Positions 1-7,693 of a DNA stretch of 20,301 nt are shown here, piece after piece. The DNA lies in contig CAKZOW010000036.1 in assembly GCA_937138345.1 (NCBI GenBank), positions 1-20,301 on the forward strand, written 5' to 3'. Each line of letters begins with the position of its first letter. The stretch's first letter is position 1. The DNA is from an uncultured archaeon. Its GTDB lineage: Archaea; Nanobdellota; Nanobdellia; Woesearchaeales; UBA583. The notes below the pieces were generated by a model that was not told where the DNA came from, ran no database searches, and saw nothing but the letters and a program-made list of their open reading frames with translations. The translations under genes and the position numbers were made by a program.

Positions 1-58
1 AGGCTTAACTTCTGTGTTCGAGACGGGAACAGGTGTAACCCTAAGCTATATGAACCTA
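1..58 (-). rRNA. 5S ribosomal RNA, partial (5' ~55 nt; the 3' part lies beyond the left edge)
   Basis: The reverse complement of 1-58 reads ..GGTTCATATAGCTTAGGGTTACACCTGTTCCCGTCTCGAACACAGAAGTTAAGCCT. This matches the conserved 5' half of archaeal 5S rRNA (..CACACC..G.TC.C...TCGAAC.CAGAAGTTAAGCC..). The exact 5' end is estimated only. Confidence 0.75.
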
Positions 59-81
59 TAAATATAATAAACTAGAAACCC

Positions 82-90
82 TTTATAAAA
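82..90 (-). promoter_or_regulatory. Archaeal TATA box (TTTTATAAA on the minus strand) for the 5S rRNA gene
   Basis: A TATA-like element is centred ~27 nt upstream of the inferred 5S 5' end (~56-58). The spacing is the same as at the other archaeal genes in the window. Confidence 0.4.
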
Positions 91-162
91 GTATTTGTGC
101 ATATAAAATAACTCTTTTTCAAGAAGATAAAACTTAATATATATCAAACTACAAAAAATACT

Positions 163-600
163 ATGACACAGAAAAAAGATAAAATTCAGGCAATTGTATA
201 TAGAAAAAATTCCCAAAGTATTGAATACTTAGCACTTAGAAGAACAAAAGAAAAAGGAAATATCTGGCAACCAGTAACTGGTAATAGAGATCCACAAGAT
301 ACAACTATCTTAGAATGTCTTAAAAGAGAATTAGAAGAAGAAATAGGTATTAAAAACATGTTAAAAATAGAAGAAATACACCAATTTACTTACAAAGGGT
401 CTGGGTCTAAAAAAGGTATCGAGTTTAATGAAATAGTTTTTGGCGTAGAAATTGAAACATCACAAAAAATTATTTTACAAAGTGAACCCTACATCGAACA
501 TGAAGATTATCTATGGACAAGCTATGATGGAGCATTTGAACTCTTTGATTTTGTAGAACAAAAAGAAGCATTAAATAAGTTACATAAAAAATTATCTTAA
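163..600 (+). CDS. Nudix hydrolase (variant Nudix box)
   Basis: 145-aa ORF with the motif G-NRDPQ-D-TTILECLK-RELEEEIGI. The REUxEExGU core is intact. There is a D at the first Glu position and 8 spacer residues instead of 7. TATA-like TTAATATATAT at 134-144 lies ~24 nt upstream of the ATG. Confidence 0.75.
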   Translation: MTQKKDKIQAIVYRKNSQSIEYLALRRTKEKGNIWQPVTGNRDPQDTTILECLKRELEEEIGIKNMLKIEEIHQFTYKGSGSKKGIEFNEIVFGVEIETSQKIILQSEPYIEHEDYLWTSYDGAFELFDFVEQKEALNKLHKKLS

Positions 601-2685
601 AGAAACTCCAAAAGGAGTTGATTTAGCTCCTGTACAATGGGCTAATTCTCCATAAAGTTCTTTTGAACCCTCATAATATTCTAAAAACATATCATCATCT
701 AAATTACCAGCAATTGGAATTACTACATTAATTGAAGATGAAAATTCTACATCAGGAATCCAATTTTCTTCTTCTAAGAGTCCTATAAGTTCATCATCTT
801 TCATATAAAATGCAGAAACATTGTATGCAACATTATCCATTACTAAAAATTCAAGTGATGTAAGCTCTTCTGGCAATTCTTCTCCTTTTGAATAAAGGGC
901 CATTGATTGGAAGTCATACTGAGTATTTTCAATTTGAATAAATACATCAACATCTCTCTCATCTGAAATTGTAAAACAAGCAGCATTAGATACTACATCT
1001 TCTCTCCACTCTCTCCCTTCAAAAGAATCTTGATTAAATGAAAATGATTTTGTAGGTACCATCTGTAAACTCACTAAAAGAGGATTTTCACCATAATCTG
1101 ATAAATCTCTTTGTCCAGGGAATGTCTCAATTAAAGGCAGTTGGAAAAAGCCATCTTTTTTAGCAATAAATCTACCACCAAAACAATAAGGGACATTACC
1201 TGAATAAACTGGATATCCTACTTCAGTTTCTTGATTTGAAACTCTAAATACTTGCTGTTTTGTCTCCCCTAAATCACAGGTAAGACCCAAACATTTAAAG
1301 GAAATATTTACATTTGAAAGATATTGGTCTTCAAATGGAGCATTAATATTCTCAACACTAACATCAACGGGAAACTCATATGTTTCTTCTTGACAATAAG
1401 ATGACTCAGTTAAAGTTGGAATTTGATCTTGAGCTATAATTAATGTTGAAGTACTCTCTTTTGGTTCATTTTGTTCAACAGAAACTCTTAGAGGAAATTG
1501 AAAAAAGTCTTGACTCTCTCCTGAGACATCTTTTAGATTAATCATTAAATCATAATCAAGTGTGTAAGAATGAGCAAAAATTTGAATACATCCAAAATTA
1601 AATCTTCCAATACCAGTATCTACTCCTTGTTCCATAGATCTAACTATTTCTCCCTCTGATGGACTAATCTCAAATTCCCTATAAGGATTATATCTTGAAT
1701 AACCACCAACAAAACTCTCAACTGCAGGATTTAAAACATTCACTTCATAATCTCTAAAACTAGGTTTTGTATTTAATAACTCGTATGAATAAAAATTTCT
1801 AAAATAAGCTTCATTTGGAGAATCAACACCTAAGTTGCTCTCAAACCTATAATCAATTGGAGCAGTTCCCTCAAATTCTAAATATCTGAAATTATTATTA
1901 TTTAATTGAGCTAAAGTATCTCTTAAATCTGATTTTAACCAAATCCTTGGTGTACATGAAAATTCAATTCCCTGTGATGGCATTGAAGTAGTTCTATCTG
2001 CATAATTGGAAGCTGAGAAAATTTGATCTAATGTTAAATCTTCAAAAAGATAAGTTTCCTCTTCAAGATTATAAATCTCAATTGCAAGCTCATACAAATC
2101 ACCTAACTTAGAATCTCTCTCAACTACAAATTCATTTAATGAATTTTTTAACTCACCATTAATTTGTTTATATTCTAAAGGTAAAAAAGCCTGAGTTGAT
2201 ACTGTCTCATAATCTATATCTGTAAATACTTCAAACTCGTCATAATTTACATCAATTTGATAAGCATCACTTAATGTTGTAATAGCTAAATTAATACATC
2301 CTTGTGAATCTTGTTTTACATATTGATTTAATTCATTTTCCATACTAAATACTGTTGGATACTGATCATCTTCAACATCCCAATTAGGTAATTTAAATGC
2401 ACTATCACTCTCCCCTAATTGAAGATAATCATCCCTAAATCTAATATAAGAACTAGTATTAATCACACCACCTTGAGATTGAAGATAAAAAATACCTCTT
2501 CCCATACTCTGATCAATACAATACTCAATTGATTCTTTAATTTGTCCATCAGCCCTATCTTGAGGAGAATAAAACAATTCAACATCAGAGGTGTAAAGCA
2601 CAAAAGCACCAATAATTACAATAACTAAAGAAATTAAAATAAATATTGTTGTTTGAGCTTTGATATTACTATAATTTATTGACAT
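592..2685 (-). CDS. Large (697 aa) secreted/surface protein with prepilin-like (class III) signal peptide; function unknown
   Basis: The ORF track gives 592-2730. I prefer the ATG at 2685 (MSINYSNIKAQTTIFILISLVIVIIGAF..) because GGAGGT lies 6 nt upstream and the longer form would overlap the preceding gene by 55 nt. The N-terminus has a basic n-region, KA|Q, then ~20 hydrophobic residues. The rest is hydrophilic and acidic with 10 Cys. I recognise no catalytic motif. Confidence 0.6.
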   Translation of the reverse strand: MSINYSNIKAQTTIFILISLVIVIIGAFVLYTSDVELFYSPQDRADGQIKESIEYCIDQSMGRGIFYLQSQGGVINTSSYIRFRDDYLQLGESDSAFKLPNWDVEDDQYPTVFSMENELNQYVKQDSQGCINLAITTLSDAYQIDVNYDEFEVFTDIDYETVSTQAFLPLEYKQINGELKNSLNEFVVERDSKLGDLYELAIEIYNLEEETYLFEDLTLDQIFSASNYADRTTSMPSQGIEFSCTPRIWLKSDLRDTLAQLNNNNFRYLEFEGTAPIDYRFESNLGVDSPNEAYFRNFYSYELLNTKPSFRDYEVNVLNPAVESFVGGYSRYNPYREFEISPSEGEIVRSMEQGVDTGIGRFNFGCIQIFAHSYTLDYDLMINLKDVSGESQDFFQFPLRVSVEQNEPKESTSTLIIAQDQIPTLTESSYCQEETYEFPVDVSVENINAPFEDQYLSNVNISFKCLGLTCDLGETKQQVFRVSNQETEVGYPVYSGNVPYCFGGRFIAKKDGFFQLPLIETFPGQRDLSDYGENPLLVSLQMVPTKSFSFNQDSFEGREWREDVVSNAACFTISDERDVDVFIQIENTQYDFQSMALYSKGEELPEELTSLEFLVMDNVAYNVSAFYMKDDELIGLLEEENWIPDVEFSSSINVVIPIAGNLDDDMFLEYYEGSKELYGELAHCTGAKSTPFGVSLR

Positions 2686-3080
2686 TTTGGAACCTCCGCA
2701 GTACCTACATATTGTGTTTGTGTAACACATGCATATAGCTCACCATCTTCTCCTTTAACATGTGGAACTATTTTATATGTGGAATCTTTTTCAAATTCAA
2801 CTTCTTCTGATGATGAACTTAAAATAACATTTGTCACTGAATCTATCTCTGAATTTACTTCATAATACATATTGATACTTCCATCATTTGAAAGTGTTAA
2901 TCTAATATTTTCTTGTCTTGTCTCACAATTTGGAATTACTCTCATACTAACATCTGAGCAAAACTCATGCCTATCTGAGTATGTTACATTAAATATTCCA
3001 AATAAAAGTAAACTTACTAAAAAGGAAAAAGAAATAACTACAATTAATGAAGATCCTAGAGCTTTTGAACCTATATTCAT
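2676..3080 (-). CDS. Small (134 aa) membrane-anchored/secreted protein, possible pilin-like subunit
   Basis: The ORF-track start at 3092 is TTG. The first ATG at 3080 gives MNIGSKALGSSLIVVISFSFLVSLLLFGIF.., with a short n-region, KA|L and a hydrophobic stretch. The remainder has 4 Cys. The stop overlaps the next gene's start by 10 nt. Confidence 0.5.
   Translation of the reverse strand: MNIGSKALGSSLIVVISFSFLVSLLLFGIFNVTYSDRHEFCSDVSMRVIPNCETRQENIRLTLSNDGSINMYYEVNSEIDSVTNVILSSSSEEVEFEKDSTYKIVPHVKGEDGELYACVTQTQYVGTAEVPKCQ
2692..2697 (-). promoter_or_regulatory. Shine-Dalgarno-like GGAGGT for the 697-aa protein
   Basis: Plus-strand ACCTCC is GGAGGT on the minus strand, 6 nt upstream of the ATG at 2685 and inside the 3' end of the preceding gene. 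This fits translational coupling. Confidence 0.5.
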
Positions 3081-3101
3081 ACAAATATTCAAAAAAAATA
3101 C

Positions 3102-3110
3102 TTTATAAAA
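3102..3110 (-). promoter_or_regulatory. TATA box (TTTTATAAA on minus), possible internal promoter for the 134-aa/697-aa gene pair
   Basis: Centred 26 nt upstream of the ATG at 3080, in the 73-nt gap after the 1007-aa gene. Confidence 0.35.
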
Positions 3111-3153
3111 TAATATAAAAACTAATTAGGAGTATAAAAATAAACTCTATAAT

Positions 3154-6100
3154 TTAACTACATCTCCCATAGAGATCCGGATAACTAGGAACTCCAATAG
3201 GACAACTTCCAACATATTCATAACAATTATAATTATAAGGGTCAGGATTATTGTCAGCACACTTACCATGTAAATTAAAAGTCTCAGTACTAATATAAGT
3301 TCTAGCAATAGGGTCAACACATGAAACATTAATATCTTTAAAAAAATGAAGACCCGGTCTATATTGTGAATCTAGCTGCTTATCACTACGCATTCTTGTC
3401 TGAGTACATACACCTCCTTGAATCATTGTTTGTTCTCTAGGATTCTCCCAAGTATTGTGGTTAATACTATGATCTGCTAATATACACTGGGAAGTATCAG
3501 GTGCACAAAATCCCTTTGAGATATATGTATTAGTGATATTCCAAGAAGTTACTGAAGAATAATCCCTAAAATCATCATTAACTGAACCACCATATCCTCT
3601 CCATTCATCATCACATAAAAATCTAATATTTGAGAATTCTGCAGAATCTGGAATTGTCTCCAGGCCACCTGAAGAATTCCATCCTGCAACTAATTGAAAC
3701 GTATCATCTTCATTTGGTTTAAATGTAGTCATAAAAGAATAATTTGAAACAACTCCAAATTGGCATGAAGAAGTTGACTGTGCAACATAAGAGAGTGAAA
3801 GTGTGAATGGATCTCTATCTGAGCCTACAAGACTATCATCAGAGTATACAATATTTTTTACAGGGCTTTGAAAAAAATCTAATTTAATTACTTCTCCTAG
3901 ATTCACAGTACTACCACTCCCAGTAATTGATTCAACATTATGCTGCCATCTTGGCAATAATTTGCAAGTCCCATAAACATCACCCTGATAAAGAGAAGTA
4001 ACATCTGTACCATATTTATCCCAAATATCAACTTCACTATAACCTACTAATTCGTTAGTATCTAAATCAAAAGTTCCTCCTGTATTTAGTAAAACACCAA
4101 AAAACATATTAAAGTTAAATGAACTATCTCTAGCAAATGTAGATGTTAGAGAAATAGTCTCTCTCTCATTGATATAATTTTTAGTAGAATGATCAAATAA
4201 TGTTTGAGTATCACAACATGAAAAACCACTTGAATCAATTTCAGGGCCCATACATTGAGTTGGATAAATTCTAATCTTTAATGGATCTCCTACAATATTT
4301 CCTGATAAATCTTTAATTTGTGCAGACACAGTATATGGTTGTGAGATAAATGAACTATCTGAAGGAGTAGCATATGATTGTAACACTTGTTCCTGAAGTA
4401 TTGGCTGATCCTCAGTAGGAAACAAACCTAAATCATCGCTCCATTCAACACTATAAAAATCTGGATCTTCAACACATGATTCTCTGACCTTAATTCTCCA
4501 ATTAGGCCTCTCTCCAATTCCATCATAGAGAGGGAAATAAGGTTTATAATCAGGTGTTAAAATATAAGTATAAGGTAACTTTCTAGAACCATCAACATCA
4601 AATCCATCAAAAATAGTCTGACTTGTACCAACTCCTCTAAAGTCAGTTGCAATAGGATAATATCCATAAGTTGTATCATCAGCACCCTCTGCATAAATAT
4701 CAAAGCAACTCCTTGCATCTTCATTATTAATATTTTCAATACTACCTGATAAAAATTTGATTTGATAAGTACTAAAAGACTCACCATCTGTTAGCGTAAA
4801 TTCATATGAAAAAAGCCCATCAGTATTTCCTAAAAAAGATAATGAACCATTAGCTTGAAGAGTAAACTCTGATCTTGATGTTATTTGAGACATTTCTTGA
4901 AAATTCAAAGAGTGTACATCAATTTGCTCAAAAGGATATGTAATATCTAAAAAATCTAAAGTAATTCGATCTCCTGGCGTAAATAAAATAGTACATGAAG
5001 TACCTTCTACTCTATAACAATAAGAAGCTTCAGAGAATTCTAAAAAAGGCGCATAGTTTTCATACAAAAAATGGAATTGTTGGGGAGTTCCTAAATACTG
5101 TGTTTGATAATCTTCAATGGTAAAAAGATATTTCTTATACTCAGGCTCATTTGAAATAATAGTTTTTGAAACTGAAATATCATCAATAAATCCAGAATTT
5201 GCTCTTGATAAATCAACAGGGTCTGTTAAATCTAGTGTTCTGTTTTGAACTTTTTCCATAATTAAATTTCTAGATGCCTTCAACAAATCAACATACCTAG
5301 TAGGAATTTCAATACTTGTTTCAAGTGAAGAAACTGCCACATTTCTCTCATCAAAAACTACCGGATAATAAAAAGTACCATACAGTGATTCCCTATTAAA
5401 ATCTAAATCAACATATACTGAGAGTTCTTTATTAATAATGATATAATTATTAAAATTTGTCTGTAATGAAAAATCAACAGAACTTGAAGAAAAATCTCCG
5501 ATATACTCACCGTTATCAATTCTAAGTGTACCCTCAAAAACCTGATCTCCTATTTCCAAAAATAATTCATTTCCAGTTTCCCCTTCAAACTCTTCTAAAA
5601 GAAGTTCTGATGAAGATAATTTTGAAATAACTTTTGTTGTAACTTGTTTTTTTTCCCTAATTAAGTCTAAGTTCTCATAAGATGAAAAATCAACACAATC
5701 AAAAATTGAATTTAAAATATATTCCTGAAATTGATTATGATATCCTGGCATAATCATACTTCCAGAAGGTAGAGTAGCATCTAGAGAAGTAATTGAAATA
5801 TGGCCTGAGGAAGATAGCTTTGTATATACTTGAACTTCGTCTGTATAAATCCTATAAGGGGATAACACTCCTTGTTGATAATCGTCAAAATATGCTCCAT
5901 ACCCATAAACCTGATCTCTTGCATTTTCATCATAAATCAATCCACCCCTAGCTGATGCTAAAAGCAGTGATTTTTCTACCGAATTTTCAAAGCAAAAGGT
6001 AATTTCTTCTCTAAAAGATTCAAAATTTGAACTCTGAGCTCCAGCTAAACTCTCTCCCGAATTAATTCGATTAATTTCTGAGTCTGAAGAAAAAGAGAAC

Positions 6101-6177
6101 AAAAATACAAACAAAACAATAATTATAATCATAATAATGATAAAAATACTTATTTGTGCTCTTTTTGCTAACTTCAT
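3154..6177 (-). CDS. Giant (1007 aa) secreted/surface protein with prepilin-like (class III) signal peptide and Cys-rich C-terminus; function unknown
   Basis: The ORF track gives 3154-6222. The ATG at 6177 (MKLAKRAQISIFIIIMIIIIVLFVF..) sits 1 nt after the stop (6179-6181) of the upstream gene. The N-terminus has RA|QISI followed by a long hydrophobic run. There are 20 Cys after the signal, 8 of them in the last ~120 aa (..GKCADNNPDPYNYNCYEYVGSCPIGVPSYPDLYGRCS). The N-terminal module resembles that of the 697-aa protein. Confidence 0.6.
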   Translation of the reverse strand: MKLAKRAQISIFIIIMIIIIVLFVFLFSFSSDSEINRINSGESLAGAQSSNFESFREEITFCFENSVEKSLLLASARGGLIYDENARDQVYGYGAYFDDYQQGVLSPYRIYTDEVQVYTKLSSSGHISITSLDATLPSGSMIMPGYHNQFQEYILNSIFDCVDFSSYENLDLIREKKQVTTKVISKLSSSELLLEEFEGETGNELFLEIGDQVFEGTLRIDNGEYIGDFSSSSVDFSLQTNFNNYIIINKELSVYVDLDFNRESLYGTFYYPVVFDERNVAVSSLETSIEIPTRYVDLLKASRNLIMEKVQNRTLDLTDPVDLSRANSGFIDDISVSKTIISNEPEYKKYLFTIEDYQTQYLGTPQQFHFLYENYAPFLEFSEASYCYRVEGTSCTILFTPGDRITLDFLDITYPFEQIDVHSLNFQEMSQITSRSEFTLQANGSLSFLGNTDGLFSYEFTLTDGESFSTYQIKFLSGSIENINNEDARSCFDIYAEGADDTTYGYYPIATDFRGVGTSQTIFDGFDVDGSRKLPYTYILTPDYKPYFPLYDGIGERPNWRIKVRESCVEDPDFYSVEWSDDLGLFPTEDQPILQEQVLQSYATPSDSSFISQPYTVSAQIKDLSGNIVGDPLKIRIYPTQCMGPEIDSSGFSCCDTQTLFDHSTKNYINERETISLTSTFARDSSFNFNMFFGVLLNTGGTFDLDTNELVGYSEVDIWDKYGTDVTSLYQGDVYGTCKLLPRWQHNVESITGSGSTVNLGEVIKLDFFQSPVKNIVYSDDSLVGSDRDPFTLSLSYVAQSTSSCQFGVVSNYSFMTTFKPNEDDTFQLVAGWNSSGGLETIPDSAEFSNIRFLCDDEWRGYGGSVNDDFRDYSSVTSWNITNTYISKGFCAPDTSQCILADHSINHNTWENPREQTMIQGGVCTQTRMRSDKQLDSQYRPGLHFFKDINVSCVDPIARTYISTETFNLHGKCADNNPDPYNYNCYEYVGSCPIGVPSYPDLYGRCS

Positions 6178-6178
6178 T

Positions 6179-6937
6179 TTACTTTTTTTTGAATGCAGGT
6201 TTAAATATAAAAAATAACACAACTACAAAAAGTACAAAAATTAAATAAGTAAGATAATGAGTTCCTTCACTTTCTCTAATTTCTACTCCAAAGTCATTTC
6301 TCTGGTCTGGAGAAATATTTTTTTTAATAGTATAGTTAATCTCAGTTGGAATTTTCTCAACATTCCATGCAATAAGAGGATTTGACTCTAAAATCTCAAA
6401 AGGTAACTCACTGATAATATATTGATCCTTATTTTCTTCATCTAAATAAGAAATAACTTCACCCGGGATATCTGAGAGAACTCTAACATGTTCCCCCTCA
6501 CCTTCAATAAATAACGTAATTAGAGTACCTTCATCAACTTCTTTAAACGAAAATGTTGAAGTAATACCTTCAAATTGAGAAAATTTTTGATTAGAAACAT
6601 AAACTATTGAATCTTCATACTCCAATATTCCAACAAAATTGTAATTACCATCCCCTTGTATTTCAATAGGACAAATAACCTTACCATAAATACCTTCAAT
6701 TGAATCAAAAACCTGAGTACAACTCTCATCAAGTAGAAGTTCATCATTGAGAAATGTCTGTATATAAAATTTTGATCCACTCTCAATGAGTCCATAATTA
6801 AAACCAAAAGCAACTTGGAGAGTATCTCCAGACTCAATTACATATAATGTTTCAACAGGTCCTTGTTCCTGAGCTACTAAAGAAAACAATAGTGAGAGAA
6901 AACATAAAACAAAAATACTAGTTTTTTTAAAATTCAT
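6179..6937 (-). CDS. Secreted protein (252 aa) with Sec-type signal peptide and C-terminal membrane anchor; function unknown
   Basis: The N-terminus is MNFKKTSIFVLCFLSLLFSLVAQ|EQG.. . The C-terminus is ..LTYLIFVLFVVVLFFIFKPAFKKK, a hydrophobic helix with a basic tail. The mature part has 2 Cys. It is the first gene of the co-directional cluster. Confidence 0.6.
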   Translation of the reverse strand: MNFKKTSIFVLCFLSLLFSLVAQEQGPVETLYVIESGDTLQVAFGFNYGLIESGSKFYIQTFLNDELLLDESCTQVFDSIEGIYGKVICPIEIQGDGNYNFVGILEYEDSIVYVSNQKFSQFEGITSTFSFKEVDEGTLITLFIEGEGEHVRVLSDIPGEVISYLDEENKDQYIISELPFEILESNPLIAWNVEKIPTEINYTIKKNISPDQRNDFGVEIRESEGTHYLTYLIFVLFVVVLFFIFKPAFKKK

Positions 6938-6959
6938 AATAGTAAATTGAAAAAAATCT

Positions 6960-6967
6960 TTTTAAAA
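6960..6967 (-). promoter_or_regulatory. TATA box (TTTTAAAA) for the surface-protein cluster
   Basis: Centred ~26.5 nt upstream of the ATG at 6937, implying a leaderless transcript. Confidence 0.4.
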
Positions 6968-7181
6968 TTTTTTCACTCATGTGCAGCAAGACATCATAAA
7001 AATGTGGTAAAAATAAAAAAAGAATCTATCTAAACCATAAGATATATAAATTATTATAAACTAAATTTACTAGATTTAACAATTAAAAATCTGATTCTTA
7101 CAATAATTTAATAATTATTGTTTTAGCATATTATGAAATATGAACATATTTTGAGAGAAAAAATCAAAATACTAATAAAAA

Positions 7182-7640
7182 ATGACTGACAATTACAGAG
7201 AAAATGTTGCAGCCATTATTATCAACAAAGATAAAAAAGTCCTTATGTGCGAACATGTATGGATTGATAATGCGTGGCAATTACCTCAGGGAGGTACAGA
7301 AGAAGGTGAAGGTAAACAAGAAGCTTTACTAAGAGAACTAGAAGAAGAATTAGGTACTAAGAGTTTCAAAGTTTTAGGACAAATGGAAGAACCACTTAAG
7401 TATAAATTTCCTTACTATTTAAGAGAAAAATACCAATTTGATGGACAAATCCAAACATTTTTCCTACTTGAATTCACAGGAGATGATTCAGAAATTAGAT
7501 TTGACAATCAAGAAAAACCAGAGTTTAAAGCATTTGAGTGGGTAGATTATGAAGAGCCACCAATTAGAGTAATTTATTTCAAAAAATTATCTTATCTCAA
7601 AGCAATAAATTATTTCAAAGAGCAAGTTGATCAATTATAA
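7182..7640 (+). CDS. Nudix hydrolase, RppH/NudH-like
   Basis: Canonical Nudix box GGTEEGE-GKQEALL-RELEEELG. The N-terminal YRENVAAIIINKDKKVLMCEH..WQLPQGG resembles RppH/Ap4A-hydrolase-type Nudix proteins. Confidence 0.8.
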   Translation: MTDNYRENVAAIIINKDKKVLMCEHVWIDNAWQLPQGGTEEGEGKQEALLRELEEELGTKSFKVLGQMEEPLKYKFPYYLREKYQFDGQIQTFFLLEFTGDDSEIRFDNQEKPEFKAFEWVDYEEPPIRVIYFKKLSYLKAINYFKEQVDQL

Positions 7641-7693
7641 TCAACTCATACTTTATTCTAAAAAATAAATAAAAAAAAAAAAGAGTAATTTTA

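Noticed and set aside
592-600. Convergent gene overlaps (592-600 and 8725-8728) as a special regulatory feature.
   Set aside because: Short 3' overlaps are common in highly compact genomes. I note them only as evidence of genome compaction.
2686-2730. N-terminal extension MCYTNTICRYCGGSK of the 712-aa ORF, which looks like a CxxC zinc-knuckle.
   Set aside because: It lies inside the 3' end of the preceding gene. The ATG at 2685 has a GGAGGT 6 nt upstream and yields a typical signal-peptide N-terminus.
2872-3329. ORFs 2872-3108 (+, 78 aa) and 3147-3329 (-, 60 aa).
   Set aside because: These are shadow or alternative-frame ORFs overlapping the 134-aa and 1007-aa genes. They have low-complexity Leu/Ile/Val-rich translations typical of AT-rich off-frames and no start context.
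4557-4787. ORF 4557-4787 (-, 76 aa).
   Set aside because: It lies entirely inside the 1007-aa gene in another frame, and its composition is that of an off-frame artefact.
6178-6222. N-terminal extension MCYFLYLNLHSKKSK of the 1022-aa ORF.
   Set aside because: It overlaps the C-terminal anchor coding region of the upstream gene. The ATG at 6177, 1 nt after that gene's stop, gives a canonical basic-plus-hydrophobic N-terminus.
6179-6260. C-terminal anchor of the 252-aa protein as a PGF-CTERM/archaeosortase sorting signal.
   Set aside because: There is no PGF (or similar) tripeptide preceding the hydrophobic helix and no Ser/Thr-rich linker. I call it only a generic C-terminal TM anchor with a basic tail.
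6604-6837. ORF 6604-6837 (-, 77 aa).
   Set aside because: It lies entirely inside the 252-aa gene in another frame.
7100-7121. 9-bp inverted repeat ACAATAATT-taat-AATTATTGT about 60 nt upstream of the second Nudix gene, as a possible operator.
   Set aside because: It is almost entirely A/T, in a spacer that is >80% A/T. Palindromes of this size are expected by chance and nothing else supports a regulatory role.
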